Shown here: piece after piece, positions 1 to 12,455 of the stretch | Layout of the letters: the number at the start of each line of letters is the position of its first letter | Numbering within the stretch: the first letter of the stretch is position 1 | DNA from: Octopus sinensis | Lineage: Eukaryota | Direction of reading: 5' to 3' | Assembly (NCBI RefSeq): GCF_006345805.1 | Contig: NC_043000.1 | Span: 13,082,001 to 13,146,000 of the forward strand | DNA length: 64,000 nt | Translations under genes and position numbers: made by a program | Notes under the pieces: generated by a model | Told to the model about the DNA's origin: nothing | Databases searched by the model: none | Seen by the model: only the letters and a program-made list of their open reading frames with translations

Positions 1-160
1 GCGAAGGGCTTTCAAAGGAATATTGATCTGATCTCACTAATTAACTGTTTAAATGGATGCAGCTTAATCAAGCACTGTCTTAAAGTGAATCAGATTAATA
101 ATCCATTGCTCTTAGGTTGTGGCAGTTGATCTCTCTAATTTGCAATATCTTCACATTCTC

Positions 161-374
161 AAGGCAGTGAGCTGGCAGAAATGTTAGCAAACCAGGCAAA
201 ATGCTTAGTGGTATTTCATCTGTCTTTATGTTCTGAGTTCAAATTCTGCTGAGGTCAACTTTACCTTTCATCCTTTTGGGGTCGATAAATTAAGTACCAG
301 TTGTGTACTTGGGTCGATCTAATGAACTGGCCCCCACCCCAAAAATTTTGGGCCTTGTACCTAGAGTAGAAAAG
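161..374 (+). mobile_element. tRNA-derived SINE, working family A
   Basis: Head AAGGCRGYGAGCTGGCAGAA...GAGTTCAAAT (B-box-like). 17-bp TSD AATATCTTCACATTCTC at 144-160 and 375-391. Confidence 0.85.
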
Positions 375-853
375 AATATCTTCACATTCTCGTATTGAAA
401 TTTTCAAAAGTCTCCAAATGGCTCAGATAAATTATTGTTAAAAAGATTATAATTTTTTTGGACAGTTAACCTCATATTTATGGATGAGAGATTTGCTCAA
501 TACTTACATTTGTGTAGATGCAAATTTTAGAAAATACAGAAATATTATAATCTTGAGAAAATCCTGATTTTAATGACTGAGGAAGGCCTACACAGTAATT
601 AACAAATGATATTGCTGGAAAAGAGCCACTCATTACTGACATCGCAATAATAATAATAAAATCACTCATTAATGGATGCATCTAATTATGAAAGAACAGC
701 AGCTGGCTATAGTTATTGCTCACTCATAAGACATCAACCACTTCCTTTATTTCTCTCTTCAGTGAATTGTTTTACCTTTTTGGAAACAGGTGCTATCTTG
801 CATTTTATTTGGTCAATGTAACAATAATAAAATATTTCATTCTATTCTTGCAG

Positions 854-1000
854 GTTTCTGTTATTGGAATTCTTTTTCTGGCTGGTTTATACATATCTTC
901 AATTTCTTCATGTATGGGTAGTTTATATGGGCCACCCCGAATTCTCCAGTCTATAGCCAATGAAAATGTTATTCCTGCCATCAAACTACTTGGTCAAGGG
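854..1000 (+). CDS. SLC12A8: SLC12A8-like cation-chloride cotransporter, internal exon ([13 protein letters not shown]...KLLGQG); gene starts upstream of the window
   Basis: CAG acceptor 851-853, GTGAG donor at 1001, 147 nt phase 0-0. The [12 protein letters not shown] sequence matches the SLC12 transmembrane motif. Confidence 0.9.
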
Positions 1001-1414
1001 GTGAGCATTTCCAATATTGAAAACTTCTATATTTTAGCCTGATTTCTTCTTCTTTAATATAATTATTTACAATATTGTTTTACAGCCTAAAATGATTGGA
1101 TTGGTATTTGAAATTTTGAATATTAGTATATGAGTTATTGGAGCTGTTGTATTTGTAGTTAAAGGATATTTCTGTCTCCAAAAACCTCAACAGTAAAATA
1201 GGACTTGTGTCTATAATTTATGTTGAATGGAGAATTGTAATACAGCAAGGTTTGAGTTCATAACCTTGTGATTTGTAATCTGGTATACTGATAGCATCTT
1301 ACTTTATTTCATGTTAAAATTTTATTAGAAATTAAAAAAAACAAAAGATTATTTATTTATTCAACTCTTATACCAAACTTTTCTATTCTTTATAATTCTA
1401 TCAACCATTGTAAA

Positions 1415-1615
1415 TATATGTATGTATGTGTTTGTATATGTGCGTGTATGTATGTATGTATGTATGTATGTATGTGTATGTATATGCATGCATGTGTGGG
1501 TATGTTTGTATGCATGCATATGTATGTATATATGTATGTGTGTGTGTGCGTATGCATGCATGTGTGGGTATGTTTGTATGCATGCATATGTATGTATGTA
1601 TGTGTGTCTCTGTAT
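1415..1615. repeat. (TATG/TG)n compound microsatellite with a ~65-bp internal duplication
   Basis: Read directly. Confidence 0.9.
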
Positions 1616-1670
1616 TTATGTTCCTTTGGTAGATATTTGTTGACTAGTTATTTTTTTCCCCTATTTCCAG

Positions 1671-2211
1671 AAAGGTGCTAACAAGGTTCCTGTCTATGCT
1701 CTTGTTGTGGTGACATTAGTGATTCTTCTGTTTGTTGTTGTTGGTGATGTAAATACTTTGGCTCCAGTTGTCACCACCTCTTTCATGTTCACCTACGCTG
1801 CTGTTTGTTATTCCTACTTTGCACTAGCAATGAGCTATGACAGACGTCAGCAGCAAGATGCCAAGTACTCTGTAAAGCCTGTGGAGAACACTTTAAAATC
1901 AGAATTGGACGGTAAAGAATCATCAGATTACGGTTCCACCCACCAAGCTAAGCAACAGACTATACACAAAGATTCTTTCCAGCGTTTTGCTACTGACTTA
2001 GACAAACTTTTCCCTGAACGCCTCACTCATCGTGGTCAACACCATCTTGCAAGGCAACAGTTGGATGAAAATTCTCCTACTACACCTGAAGAAGCAGTTT
2101 TTGATATAACTACCAGACATTTAGAAAAGCAAAATGCAGATAAAGTTACTGATGCCAAAGAAGATGCAGGAGATACAACCAAACTTTTAGTGGAACCAAA
2201 ACCTGCAATGA
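1671..2211 (+). CDS. SLC12A8: SLC12A8-like exon ([11 protein letters not shown]...KPAM): transmembrane helices followed by a long hydrophilic loop
   Basis: CAG acceptor after a pyrimidine tract, GT donor at 2212, phase 0-1. [30 protein letters not shown] resembles human SLC12A8 GQVNVLAPIVTINFMLTY (recalled). Confidence 0.9.
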
Positions 2212-2317
2212 GTAAATATTTTTCTCTCAATCATTCCCATTCTCTTAACCTGTGTTTCTCATGGCAGGAGCAAACTGTAAGGTCGGGAAAGGTGTGGACA
2301 AATTGTCCTGATTAATC

Positions 2318-2533
2318 TTTTCTACTCTAGGCACAAGGCCTGAAATTTTGCGGGGAGGGAGCCAGTCAATTATATTGACCCCAGTATGCAAATCATACTT
2401 AATTTATTGACCTCCTAAAGGATGAAAGGTAAAGTCGGCCTTGGCAGAATTTGAACTCAGAACGTAAAGACAGACGAAATACCACTAAGCATTTCGCCCA
2501 GCGTGCTAATGCTTCTACCTGCTCACTGCCTTC
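2318..2533 (-). mobile_element. SINE family A
   Basis: Reverse complement of the family A consensus. Confidence 0.8.
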
Positions 2534-2639
2534 AAATTGCCATGATTAATAAAAGATAGCTTAAAATTTTTTAAACCTGTTCAGTGAAGAGTGAAGAATT
2601 ATATGGAAGCAAGCTCTGTTTTATTTTCTTGTTATTAAC

Positions 2640-2960
2640 AGGTGCATGGCTTAGGGGTCAGGGTATTCAGCTTACAATTGTAAGGTCATGAATTTGATTA
2701 CCAGTGGCATGTATTTTTGAGCAAGACACTTTATTTCACGTTGTTCCAGTCCACTTAGCTGAGAAAAATTAGTAGTGCCTGTATTTCAATGGGCCAACCT
2801 TGTCACATTATGTGTCACTCTGAATCTCCCTGAGAACTATGTTAAGGGTACACGTGTCTGTGGAGTGCTCAGCCATTTGCATGTTAATTTCACAAGCAGG
2901 CTGTTCTGTTGATTTGATCTATTGGAACCTTCATCACTGCTATCAATAGAGTTCCAGTCA
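2640..2960 (+). mobile_element. tRNA-derived SINE, working family C (head C2, tail T1)
   Basis: GGTGCATGGCTTAG head, GAGCAAGACACTTTATTTCACGTT core, GAGAACTA.GTTAAGGGTACAC tail. Confidence 0.75.
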
Positions 2961-3427
2961 ATTGGGTGAAAAAATATCTTTAACTAATATATGGTTGGAG
3001 AGCTGCTATTTATCAGTTTGAGAGTCTCTGGTATAAGTCATTGTTACTTAATTTTATATAAAAATGAACAAACTAAACATTCAATGCTATGGTAAATTAT
3101 TTCATCTATCTTATACATGATTATGGAATGTCATTATTATAAACCAGTCATGGACAAACTGCATTCTTTCTGAATGGTGTGCCATGAAAAATCACTTTGA
3201 AGTTTTTTAGTAGTGCAGTCTGCTTGATGGTGAGCCAAGTATCATGCGGTCTGCTTCATGGAAAAAGGTTGTCCATGACTTATAAACTATCATTTGTAAG
3301 TTTAGTAAACTTTACTGCATTCTACTGTCATTTTAGATTTTAAGCTAAGTCTCACTTTAGTGCAAATTATTATTCTGTTACCAGTGTTAAGTTAGTCTAT
3401 TAGAGTAATCAGCTTAGTTGAGCAGTA

Positions 3428-3745
3428 TCATCATCATCATCATCATCGTTTAATGTCCGTTTTCCGTGCTAGCACGGGTTGGACGGTTTGACCGGGGTCT
3501 GGGAAGCCAGGAGGCTTCACTAAGCTCCAGTCTGATCTGGCAGTGTTTCTACAGCTGGATGCCCTTCCTAACGCCAACACTCTGTGAGTGTAGTAGGTGC
3601 TTTTTACGTGCCACCGGCATAGGTGCCAAGGGAGGCTGGCAGTAGACATGATTGGTTGGTGCTTTTTACGTGCCACCGGCACAGAAACCAGTCAAGGCAG
3701 TGCTGGCATCAGCCACGTTTGGATGGTGCTTTTTACGTCCATGTG
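3428..3745 (-). mobile_element. Retroposon family D (RTE-like 3' tail or SINE with GTGCCGGTGGCAC hairpin units and a (GAT)n tail)
   Basis: AGGAAGGGCATCCAGCTGTAGAAAC core, (ATG)n tail, 3 hairpin units. Confidence 0.8.
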
Positions 3746-3975
3746 AAGTGAAATTTAGTATATAACTATATTCATCAAAAGAGGAATATGTGAGAAACAG
3801 AAACAATAGAGCTATCAACAAAATACCTTGTGGTATTTAGTTTCAGTGCTCTATGTTATGAAATGAAATATTGCTGGGATACCAATTGATTAGCACAAGA
3901 AATCATATATCATCCTATAAATAATTCAGCATTACCAGCAGAAGTTGACCCTAACATTTTGCCATTTATTTTCAG

Positions 3976-4064
3976 TTGACCAAAAAGGACCCAATACAGA
4001 AATTCATCAACAACCCCAATCCTGGTACTCTTTGCTATGTAACCGTTGGATATCTTTAATAGGT
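3976..4064 (+). CDS. SLC12A8: SLC12A8-like exon (DQKGPNTEIHQQPQSWYSLLCNRWISLIG)
   Basis: TTTTCAG acceptor, GTAAGT donor at 4065, phase 1-0. CNRWISLIG resembles the SLC12A8 CNPWVSLLG motif. Confidence 0.88.
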
Positions 4065-4462
4065 GTAAGTCAATTTCTCTTCCTCTTTTCTTTCTCTTTA
4101 AATGCATTTTTTTCTGTTGATGTTACAAGCTTGAAAGGTCTTGTTTCTTACCATTTTGTTCAATACTGGGACATTTTCTCAGAAATTTTCTCCAGTTATG
4201 TTATAGTCAGGTTCGTTATAGATAAGCTGATATTTTCAATTTGTCAATGCATTGAGTCATTTTATATTCTCCACAAAAATGTTATGTAGTCTTGTGAGAC
4301 TTTGTACAGAAATGGACAGAATGATATAAAGGACCGAAAATTGCTCATACAGTGACTACCTTCCCTTTCTGCAGCAGCAGAATAGATTAAGAGAAAAGAA
4401 AATATAACCCTTACAGCTTGCTACTAAAATTACCAGAATTAAGCTGTGAGTTCAACACAATT

Positions 4463-4756
4463 CTGATTTCAACTTCTGTCAGTCTAGGGAAAGCTATTTC
4501 AGTGTCTCTCGCAGACCAGAGTTTCTGAATTATCTCAGCTTGGTTTAGTATTAGATCTGTATTCTGGTTCTGATTACTGGGAGAGACTTAGAAAGTGGCT
4601 AGGAATTTGATCTTGAGATTTACTTTTTTAAATCTTTCCCAGTAATCAGAACCAGAATACAGATCTAATACTAAACCAAGCTGAGATAATTCAGAAACTC
4701 TGGTCTGAGAGAGACACTGGAGTGGTTTTCTCCTGACAGACAGAAGTTGAAATCAG
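4463..4756. repeat. Intronic inverted repeat; core arms 4500-4582 and 4637-4719 are nearly perfect
   Basis: Reverse-complement match with 1 mismatch over ~83 bp. Confidence 0.88.
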
Positions 4757-4946
4757 TATTGCAAGTTAACAAACCACCTATTAATTTTACACCAGTTGCC
4801 ACTTCTTAAAGGGTTGTGTTCCTCTTAACTTGTAGCATCTATTTACATCTAAGTGAATTGAACTATTTCAGAGTTGAATTTTTTGACCATACTCCCAGCA
4901 CACTACTAGTCACAAGATATGAAACACCAACCTCTTGGCTGATTGT

Positions 4947-5280
4947 CTTGTATCATCATCATTTAACGTCCGCTTTCCCTGCTAGCATGGGTTGGACAAT
5001 TTGACTGAGGACTAGCGAACCAGATAGCTGCACCAGGCTCCAATCTTGATCTGGCAGAGTTTCTACAGCTGGATGCCCTTCCTAATGCCAACCACTCCGA
5101 GAGTGTAGTGGGTGCTTTTACATGACACTAGCACGGGGTCCAGTCAGGCAGTACTGGCAATGACCTCACTCGAATGTATTTTCACGTGCCAGTAAGGCAA
5201 CGCTGGTAACGATCATGCTCGAATGGTGCCTTTTACATATGCCACTGGCACGGAAGCCAGCTAGCCACTCTGGCAACAAT
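4947..5280 (-). mobile_element. Retroposon family D
   Basis: Same core and tail. Confidence 0.78.
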
Positions 5281-5638
5281 ACAATATCATCTGAACTTAT
5301 AAAAATCATTAAAAATTGCCTACAAAACCATCATAATCTGTGCAATTCAATTCTGTAATCCTGTTTCAATCCCCTGATGCAACTGTTTTATTTGTTTTAT
5401 TTTCTTACATTGCTAATGAACTGAAAAAGGTATGAACATCTCACAAGCTTACTGTAAAAATCTGAAGTGCTGTACTAATGTAAGAAATCAGTCAATCAAT
5501 AAGCCACTAAACAAACATTACTAAATCTATAATCATACCACTGAAGGTGTGATGATGAATGTATAATAAATTTAAAGAAGCTGTTGTTATTGAGTAACCA
5601 AATATTTGAATTATTCTTATGAAATTCTTCTCTTTCAG

Positions 5639-5756
5639 ACCTTCATCTGTATCATTGTTATGTTTTCCATACAATGGTTATATGCTCTTGGAGAAATTTT
5701 ATGTTTTATTGGTATATATATGTATATAGGACAGGCTACACCTGGTTATTTTCCTG
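5639..5756 (+). CDS. SLC12A8: SLC12A8-like exon (TFICIIVMFSIQWLYALGEILCFIGIYMYIGQATPGYFP)
   Basis: TTTCAG acceptor, GTAAG donor at 5757, phase 0-1. MF.IQW.Y...Y.YIG.A.PG motif. Confidence 0.9.
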
Positions 5757-5794
5757 GTAAGTTCCATTTAAATTTCTCTGTTCACGCACATACT

Positions 5795-5965
5795 AATGCA
5801 TGCTCATACTACCTTAGACACACACATATATGCACACATACACATGCATACATACACACATACATATGCACACATACACATATATACATACACATATGCA
5901 CACACAAACACACATACACATATGCACACACACACACATATGCACACACACTTGCACACACATTC
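5795..5965. repeat. (CA/TA)n compound microsatellite
   Basis: Read directly. Confidence 0.9.
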
Positions 5966-6340
5966 TTCATCACCTGCTTTTTTCTCACATGCACTCTCTT
6001 TTGCAAATGCATTCTCTTGCACATATGCCCACCACGTCAGCTTTTGTACAAACACTCACACACGTTATAAAGTGGGCCATGACTTATTTTAAGAGAGTGT
6101 TGAAGAAAATGAAACAAGACACTGGCTGCCATAACATTTAATTGTTCTCTCTTGATACAACCTCATATTGCATGAAACTTGCCATTTTTAAATTAAAATT
6201 TCTATCAAAATTTTATCACGTTAAAGTTTATTCAGAATTTCATTTTAAGCCCCATGTTAAGAAAAACAAGCAAAATGTATTAATAGTTTGCCTAAATATC
6301 TGAGGTACATTGTTACTAATAACATTACCTGTTAGAGTTA

Positions 6341-6563
6341 TACTCTTTTACTCTCTTTTACTTGTTTCAGTCATTTGACTGTGGCCATTCTGGAGCACCG
6401 CCTTTAGTCGAGCAAATCGACCCCAGGACTTATTCTTTGCAAGCCTAGTACTTATTCTATCGGTCTCTTTTGCCAAACCGCTAAATTACGGGGATGTAAA
6501 CACACCAGCATTGGTTGTCAAGCGATGTTGGGGGGACAAACACAGACACACAAATGTGTGTGC

Positions 6564-6610
<47 letters not shown>

Positions 6611-6762
6611 TACGATGGGCTTCTTTCAGTTTCCGTCTACAAAATCCACTCACAAGGCTTTGGTTGGCCTGAAGCTATAGTAGAAGACACTTGCCCAAGG
6701 TGCCACGCAGTGGGACTGAACCTGGAACCATGTGGTTGGTAAGCAAGCTACTTACCACATGG
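6341..6762 (-). mobile_element. tRNA-derived SINE, working family B (internal TA/CA microsatellite, (GAGTAAAA)n tail)
   Basis: Head GTGGTAAGTAGCTTGCTTACCAACCACATGGTTCC, central GGCACCTTGGGCAAGTGTCTT, tail TGACTGAAACAAGTAAAAGAGTA. Confidence 0.85.
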
Positions 6763-6963
6763 TATATATATGTGCATATATCTACTCTACATTTGGATCA
6801 GTTTAATCTCCAATGATCACTACATGTTTTATTTGAGGTTGGGTACAGGAAACTAAGGGTAATAGCATTCTTATTCACTAGACAGCTCATGTCACAGAAT
6901 ATAGGATTGATATAAATATTGTAAATAAATATTTCAAACTTGAGATACGTAGTTCATAAGATC

Positions 6964-7410
6964 ACTATGTGGTTAAGAAGCTCATTTTGCAACCATGTGG
7001 TTTTTGGTTTAGTTCCACTATGCAGTACCTTGGGCAAGTGTCTTCTACTATAGCCCTTGGCTAACTAATATCTTGGAAGGGAATTTGGTGGAGAGAAACT
7101 GGATGGGGACCCAGCATAAACATACATACATGCATGCATACATACATACATACATACATACGTACATGCATACAAATATATACAAACATACATACATACA
7201 TACTGTGTGTGTGTTTGTGTTTATCCAACTGCTGCTTGACAATCGGTGTTGGTTTGTTTACATCCATGTAATTTAGTGATTCAGCAAAAGAGACCAACAG
7301 AATAAGTATCAGATTTAAGAAATTCGTACTGAGATTGATTTGTTTGACTAAGATCCTTCAGGACAGTGCTCCAACATGGCCACAGTCCAACAAGTGAAAC
7401 CAGTAAGAGA
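6964..7410 (+). mobile_element. SINE family B (diverged), inverted relative to 6341-6762
   Basis: Same head, core and tail modules. Confidence 0.75.
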
Positions 7411-7579
7411 AAGGTACCTCCTAAATAAAACATATAGCGTATTCTCATTAGGGATGCGTCATTAATCTCTAACGGACACCAAATAAAATATATACCTTGA
7501 TGTATTTTCTTTAAGAGTCTCCTTTATCTGAAGTGATTATAAATTTGATAACACAAATTTTACCGTTCCTTCTTTGCAG

Positions 7580-7637
7580 GTATAGCTGAATTTAATTTAT
7601 ATGACTGGATTAAAAGAGGCTGTTTGGTATGTTTAAA
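7580..7637 (+). CDS. SLC12A8: SLC12A8-like short exon (IAEFNLYDWIKRGCLVCL)
   Basis: TTTGCAG acceptor, GTAAGT donor at 7638, phase 1-2. This phase is required for the in-frame terminal exon. Confidence 0.8.
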
Positions 7638-8262
7638 GTAAGTGTACGACTGACAAATTCTAGTCTCAAATTTTTTTTTTTTAAATCTAAAAATTTCTTT
7701 TCTTCTTTAAATAGAGCAAACACATTGTTGATCTACCCTTTGTAGTGCAATACAGATACTAAACAAGCATGTGGTGAATTTGGTAAATATGTGAAAGCAC
7801 ATTGTATGTGTATGTGTGTGCTTATATATATGCGTGTATCATATAAAGAAATATATATGTGTGTATAAGTTGTTACATTTATGTTTATGTATATATTACA
7901 TACATATAGAACTATCGTGAAGGTGCATGGCTCAGTGGTTAGAGCGTCGAGCTTACGATCATGAGGTTGTGAGTTCAAATCTCTATCTTCCAAGACCTGT
8001 TATGGAAAGTTATGACTATTATTCCACCTCATTAGGCTAGCTGATTAATAAATCTATACAATCCTAGTCACATTACATGTATATATTTATGTAATCGTCA
8101 TACCTTCCGCACATCATTTTTTCTGCAATTGAAAAAAGACCTTTCTTTTATTTTTTTGTATATCGTTCTCTCTTTTCCTTTTTTTCCCCATGTCTGATCT
8201 TGCATTTCTTTCAATAAACTGACGATAAAATTTGATTATTTCTTTCCAATGTATTTTCACAG

Positions 8263-8425
8263 GGGCAGTCAGTCAGGGAAAGAACAGTATGTGGTACCAC
8301 CCAATACACCAGCAGTCCAAACCTTTGCATCCCAGCTCACCGAAGACAATGAAGATTTTGCCAGTCGCAACCGCTATCACCAGTCAGAGGTAGTGAAGGG
8401 AGAAAACTTCGATGACTACAACTGA
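8263..8425 (+). CDS. SLC12A8: SLC12A8-like terminal exon (GSQSGKEQ...QLTEDNEDFASRNRYHQSEVVKGENFDDYN*)
   Basis: TTCACAG acceptor, phase 2, TGA at 8423-8425. QLTEDNEDFASRNRYH resembles human QLTQENADFATRDRYH (recalled). Confidence 0.9.
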
Positions 8426-9752
8426 AACAGCATGTTGGGGGTCAGTGGCATTGATGGACAGTGGCTGAGGTCATAAGATAGCTCAGTGACATCAGTGATA
8501 CAATGATACGTTGTGTCACTATTGTCAACCGCCTCACCACAACTTCACCACGACCTGACACATACACATACAACTTTGTGTCTGTATGCATGTACAAATA
8601 ACTGTGTATGTGTGTGTGTGTGAGAAAGAGAGAATTGAAGTATATGTGTCTGTTTGATAAAACTTAAATCTGGAACAATATGGAGAGAAGACTCATTGTG
8701 ACACCCCTTTGATATATTCAACAATCAATGATCCAATGAGGGTGACTATGTAGTCGTTTGACCTGCTACAAATAGCTGCTAAATCTCCCTCCCTCAAATC
8801 ACTCTCCATCATCTTAAAAAAAAAAGGACACATATTAGATAAAGCAATCCTAGATGGGATGGTCATAGCTGAATGGTCATGCTTTTCATCATAGGTCTAC
8901 TCAATCAGAGTTGACCTGAAGCTAAACAATCAACTCCTCTTGCTGTTTTTTTCATTCCACCACATGTGATATATATTTTGGTCCATGTTTGTCAAATTTG
9001 TCCTCTGTCCATTCATGAGATATCATCATTCTTTGCTTGTGCAGTTGGTTGTTCAAGAATATGTTATATCAAAACATGGTTCATATTTGAAACCCAAACA
9101 ATATGTGTATGTGTTTGTGTGTGTGTGTGTGCACAAGTGTGTATATATGTAGGGAGAGAGAGAGAGAGAGAGACTGAGATAGCTGCACACATTTTAATGT
9201 ATTATACATGTCCACATATATCTATATGTACATATCTATGTATATATCTGTATAAGGGTGTGAGTGTATATGTATATGTGATTGGTGAGTGTATGTGTGT
9301 GTATGTATTATATATATGTGTACATACTAGACAGTATGTATAGCCGAATGGCTAGAATATTGGACAAAACACTTTGCTGTATTTGGTTATGTTAAGTGTT
9401 CAAATCCTGCCCAGGTTCACTTTACCTTTCATCCGCTTGAGGTTGATAAAATAAGTACTAATCATTTACTTGTTACAGAAAATCAGCTGTGCTCCAGCAT
9501 GGCTATAGTCCAATAATTGAAACCAATAAAAGAACATACAATACCACAAAATATAGGTAGGTGTGTATGTAGGTGAAAGTTTATATATATGTATTCAGCT
9601 GCCAAAGATAACATTTATCTCGTGGGTACTCTTTGCTTAAATCTCAGATTTTATATTTGCTATGAAGAAAAAAAAAATGAATTAACACTTATCCCTATCT
9701 CTGCCAGCATTAAATTATACTGATGTAAACTAGGTAATAATGTCATCATCAT

Positions 9753-9801
<49 letters not shown>

Positions 9802-9942
9802 GTATGCAAGTATATATGTACAGAGGTAGATAGATAGATAGATAGACAGCTATTAATTTTGGGGATGCAAACAGGAAAATAGGGCTTAAAACATGAATAT
9901 ATATATATATTTTTATTATTGATAATTGGCAGAAGTAAGGTA

Positions 9943-10155
9943 ATGAGCTGGCAGAACTATTAGCATGCTGGGCAAAATGCTTAGCGGCATTTTATCCGTC
10001 TTTACATTCTGAGTTCAAATTCTGCTGAGGTTGACTTTGCAATTCATCCTTTCGGACTCGATAAAATAAGCACCAGTTGAGCATTGGGGTCGATGTTATC
10101 GACTGATACCCTCCCCCGAAATTACTGGCCTTGTGCCAAAATTTGAAATTAATAA
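9943..10155 (+). mobile_element. SINE family A
   Basis: Matches the copy at 161-374. Confidence 0.8.
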
Positions 10156-12304
10156 TTGGCTTCAGTTACAGAGTAACTCTAGAGCCAAGAGTTTCTTGTA
10201 TTGATACTTATCAACAAAGTTTGATAAGTTCCAATCTTTGAAACTCTTGGCCCTTGAGTCACTCTGTAACGTCTGCTAATTATTAATAGTGTGTGTGTGT
10301 GTGTGTGTGATAGGAATAATGGAACGAGTGTGGGTGATTAATATTTCAGTATTTCAGTCAGTCCTGTTATCCTAAATCTATAGATTATGGATAAATGGAT
10401 GTGATATTTTGCCTGTAATTCATAATTATAATACAGTCCATTTGTTATAAGGTTTTAACCAAAATATTGATCATATCATTTATGTTTATTGTTATTATTT
10501 TAGCATATTTCCGAGTTTCGCGTCAAATTCAGATTGGCTGTCATTAGTTATCTCCCCTGTTGTCTAAATCTGGCATTTGTTTTGTTTGTTTTTCATTTTC
10601 AAAAAAATGCTAAGAATTATCTCCCTTTTTGTCTTACTCCAACCTATTGTTATCTCTCCTTTTAACTGAGAGACGTTATTGTTGCTAGTTATCTCCCTTG
10701 CTGACTTACTGCAGATATTCTCTGACAGTTTATTTCCCCCACACACTCTTCACTCAAAACATGTTGATGTAGTGGACAGATAAATGATTAACGCCATGTG
10801 CAACATAAATGATATATACACTGTATTATTTCCTTCCCAGATATCTTTCTCAAGATCAGATATACATTAAGTTGATTCCGTCCGTTGAATGATTTTTCAA
10901 GTCACAAGGGACAACTTTAACTGATAACAATGTCACACCAACCTATGATCGTCCAAAATATTAACTTATTTAAGAGATATTCAAATTCAGTCAAAACTCT
11001 GTGACTTGTGCAATTCTCTTTTTTTTTTCTGAATAATGTTATGGAACCAGAAGATATTTATTTTCTATTAAGACAAGCATTTAACTTTTTTGGCACTTTC
11101 CAGATAGCTAATTAATTACTTGGGATGAGAAAAGTTTCGTGATATATCAGAAAGCTGAGGTCTCTTTTTCCAAGCTAGCATGAATTAGATGAATGTATAT
11201 TGATGGAGCATTGTTTTACAGCTGAATGCTCTTCCCTTTGTTAATCCTCAATTAATTTTAAAATAAGGTTATAGTATTTCAATTACAAGATCATCTGTAA
11301 TGACAGGGTTGGGGTGCTTGGGTACCAGATCATTAGGGCACTTTAATTCAATCATTTATTATGAAACTAAGCAAGATTAATTCATAATTACAAAAGAGCA
11401 AAAGGAAATAACTCAAATGGGTAAATAGCAAGAATTTAAATAATTCAGGTAATTTCAGCAAAAATTAAATTTTCATGCTGAGGAAATATATGATCTTAAT
11501 TAGCAGCCAAGAGGACAGTCTAATTAGACCTCAATGAAGCCCAAGGTTTTTTTCAGGTTAGCTTTGATCGGAACATTCACTATTGAAGTTTTAAAGATAG
11601 AAACATATCTATAGCTGTTACTTTGTTAAGATCAAATGTTGTTTTTTTTCTTTCACTATAGCATGAATCACAATTTTATGAAAAATTGGTTTTAAAATTA
11701 TTTCCCCTCCTCTTTGAGAAGTGTTAAGAGTTACCTCTGTGGTTTTGTTTACTTTCTACACAAATATTTCAATTTTTTTTTTTTAATATGACATTCAGTA
11801 CATCACCACCTACCTATTATACTTATAAGTTAGTTGGTTGAAACAGCTCACTAGCAATGTCTTCTTACCATTGGTAGTTTGACCAGCTTAACTGATAGCA
11901 ATCAGTTGATTCAGGTGTTCAATACCTTTCACTAGCAATTTATTATTTTTTTATATTTTACTTTACTATCTAGGACAAAAGAATCTAGAATCCCAGTCTT
12001 TTACAGTGTGGTAGTACTGATAACTATATAACTGATATTTATAATCTCGTTTGTTTCCTTTTTATGTCTATTTCTTCCATGCAAGCATGGGTTAGATGAA
12101 TGCATTATTGAGACGTTTTATAGCAAGATACTCTTGCCATCACTAACCCTAACCCCTTTTTCAAGTAAGTGATCTATTTCACACATTTTTGAAGGTCCAA
12201 AGTAAGCAGGTGATTTGTTAATGGAAGTGATGACCACACCACTCACAGCAAATGACTTTCATAGACTTCAAACATAAACATACATAGATATGCACACACC
12301 ATCA

Positions 12305-12455
12305 TCATGATGGGCTGCTTTTGTTTCTGTCCACCAGATTCACTCACAAGTCTTTGGCTGGCCAATAGCTATAGTTGAAGACAGTTGTTCAGAATGCCAT
12401 GCAGCAGAACTGAACCTAAAACCATGTGGTGAGAAAGTAAACTTCTTAACCACAC
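12305..12455 (-). mobile_element. SINE family B, 5' part, diverged
   Basis: CACTCACAAG...GAAGACA...AACCATGTGG modules. Confidence 0.6.

Noticed and set aside
3590-3745. CRISPR-like repeat-spacer pattern (GGTGCTTTTTACGTGCCACCGGCA with ~40-nt gaps)
   Set aside because: The gaps are homologous to each other and across copies, there are no cas genes, and the context is eukaryotic. It is the internal tandem array of family D.
4678-4712. Hammerhead-like CTGAGA...GAAAC...GTC in the intronic hairpin
   Set aside because: The core lacks N7, and helices I and II do not pair.
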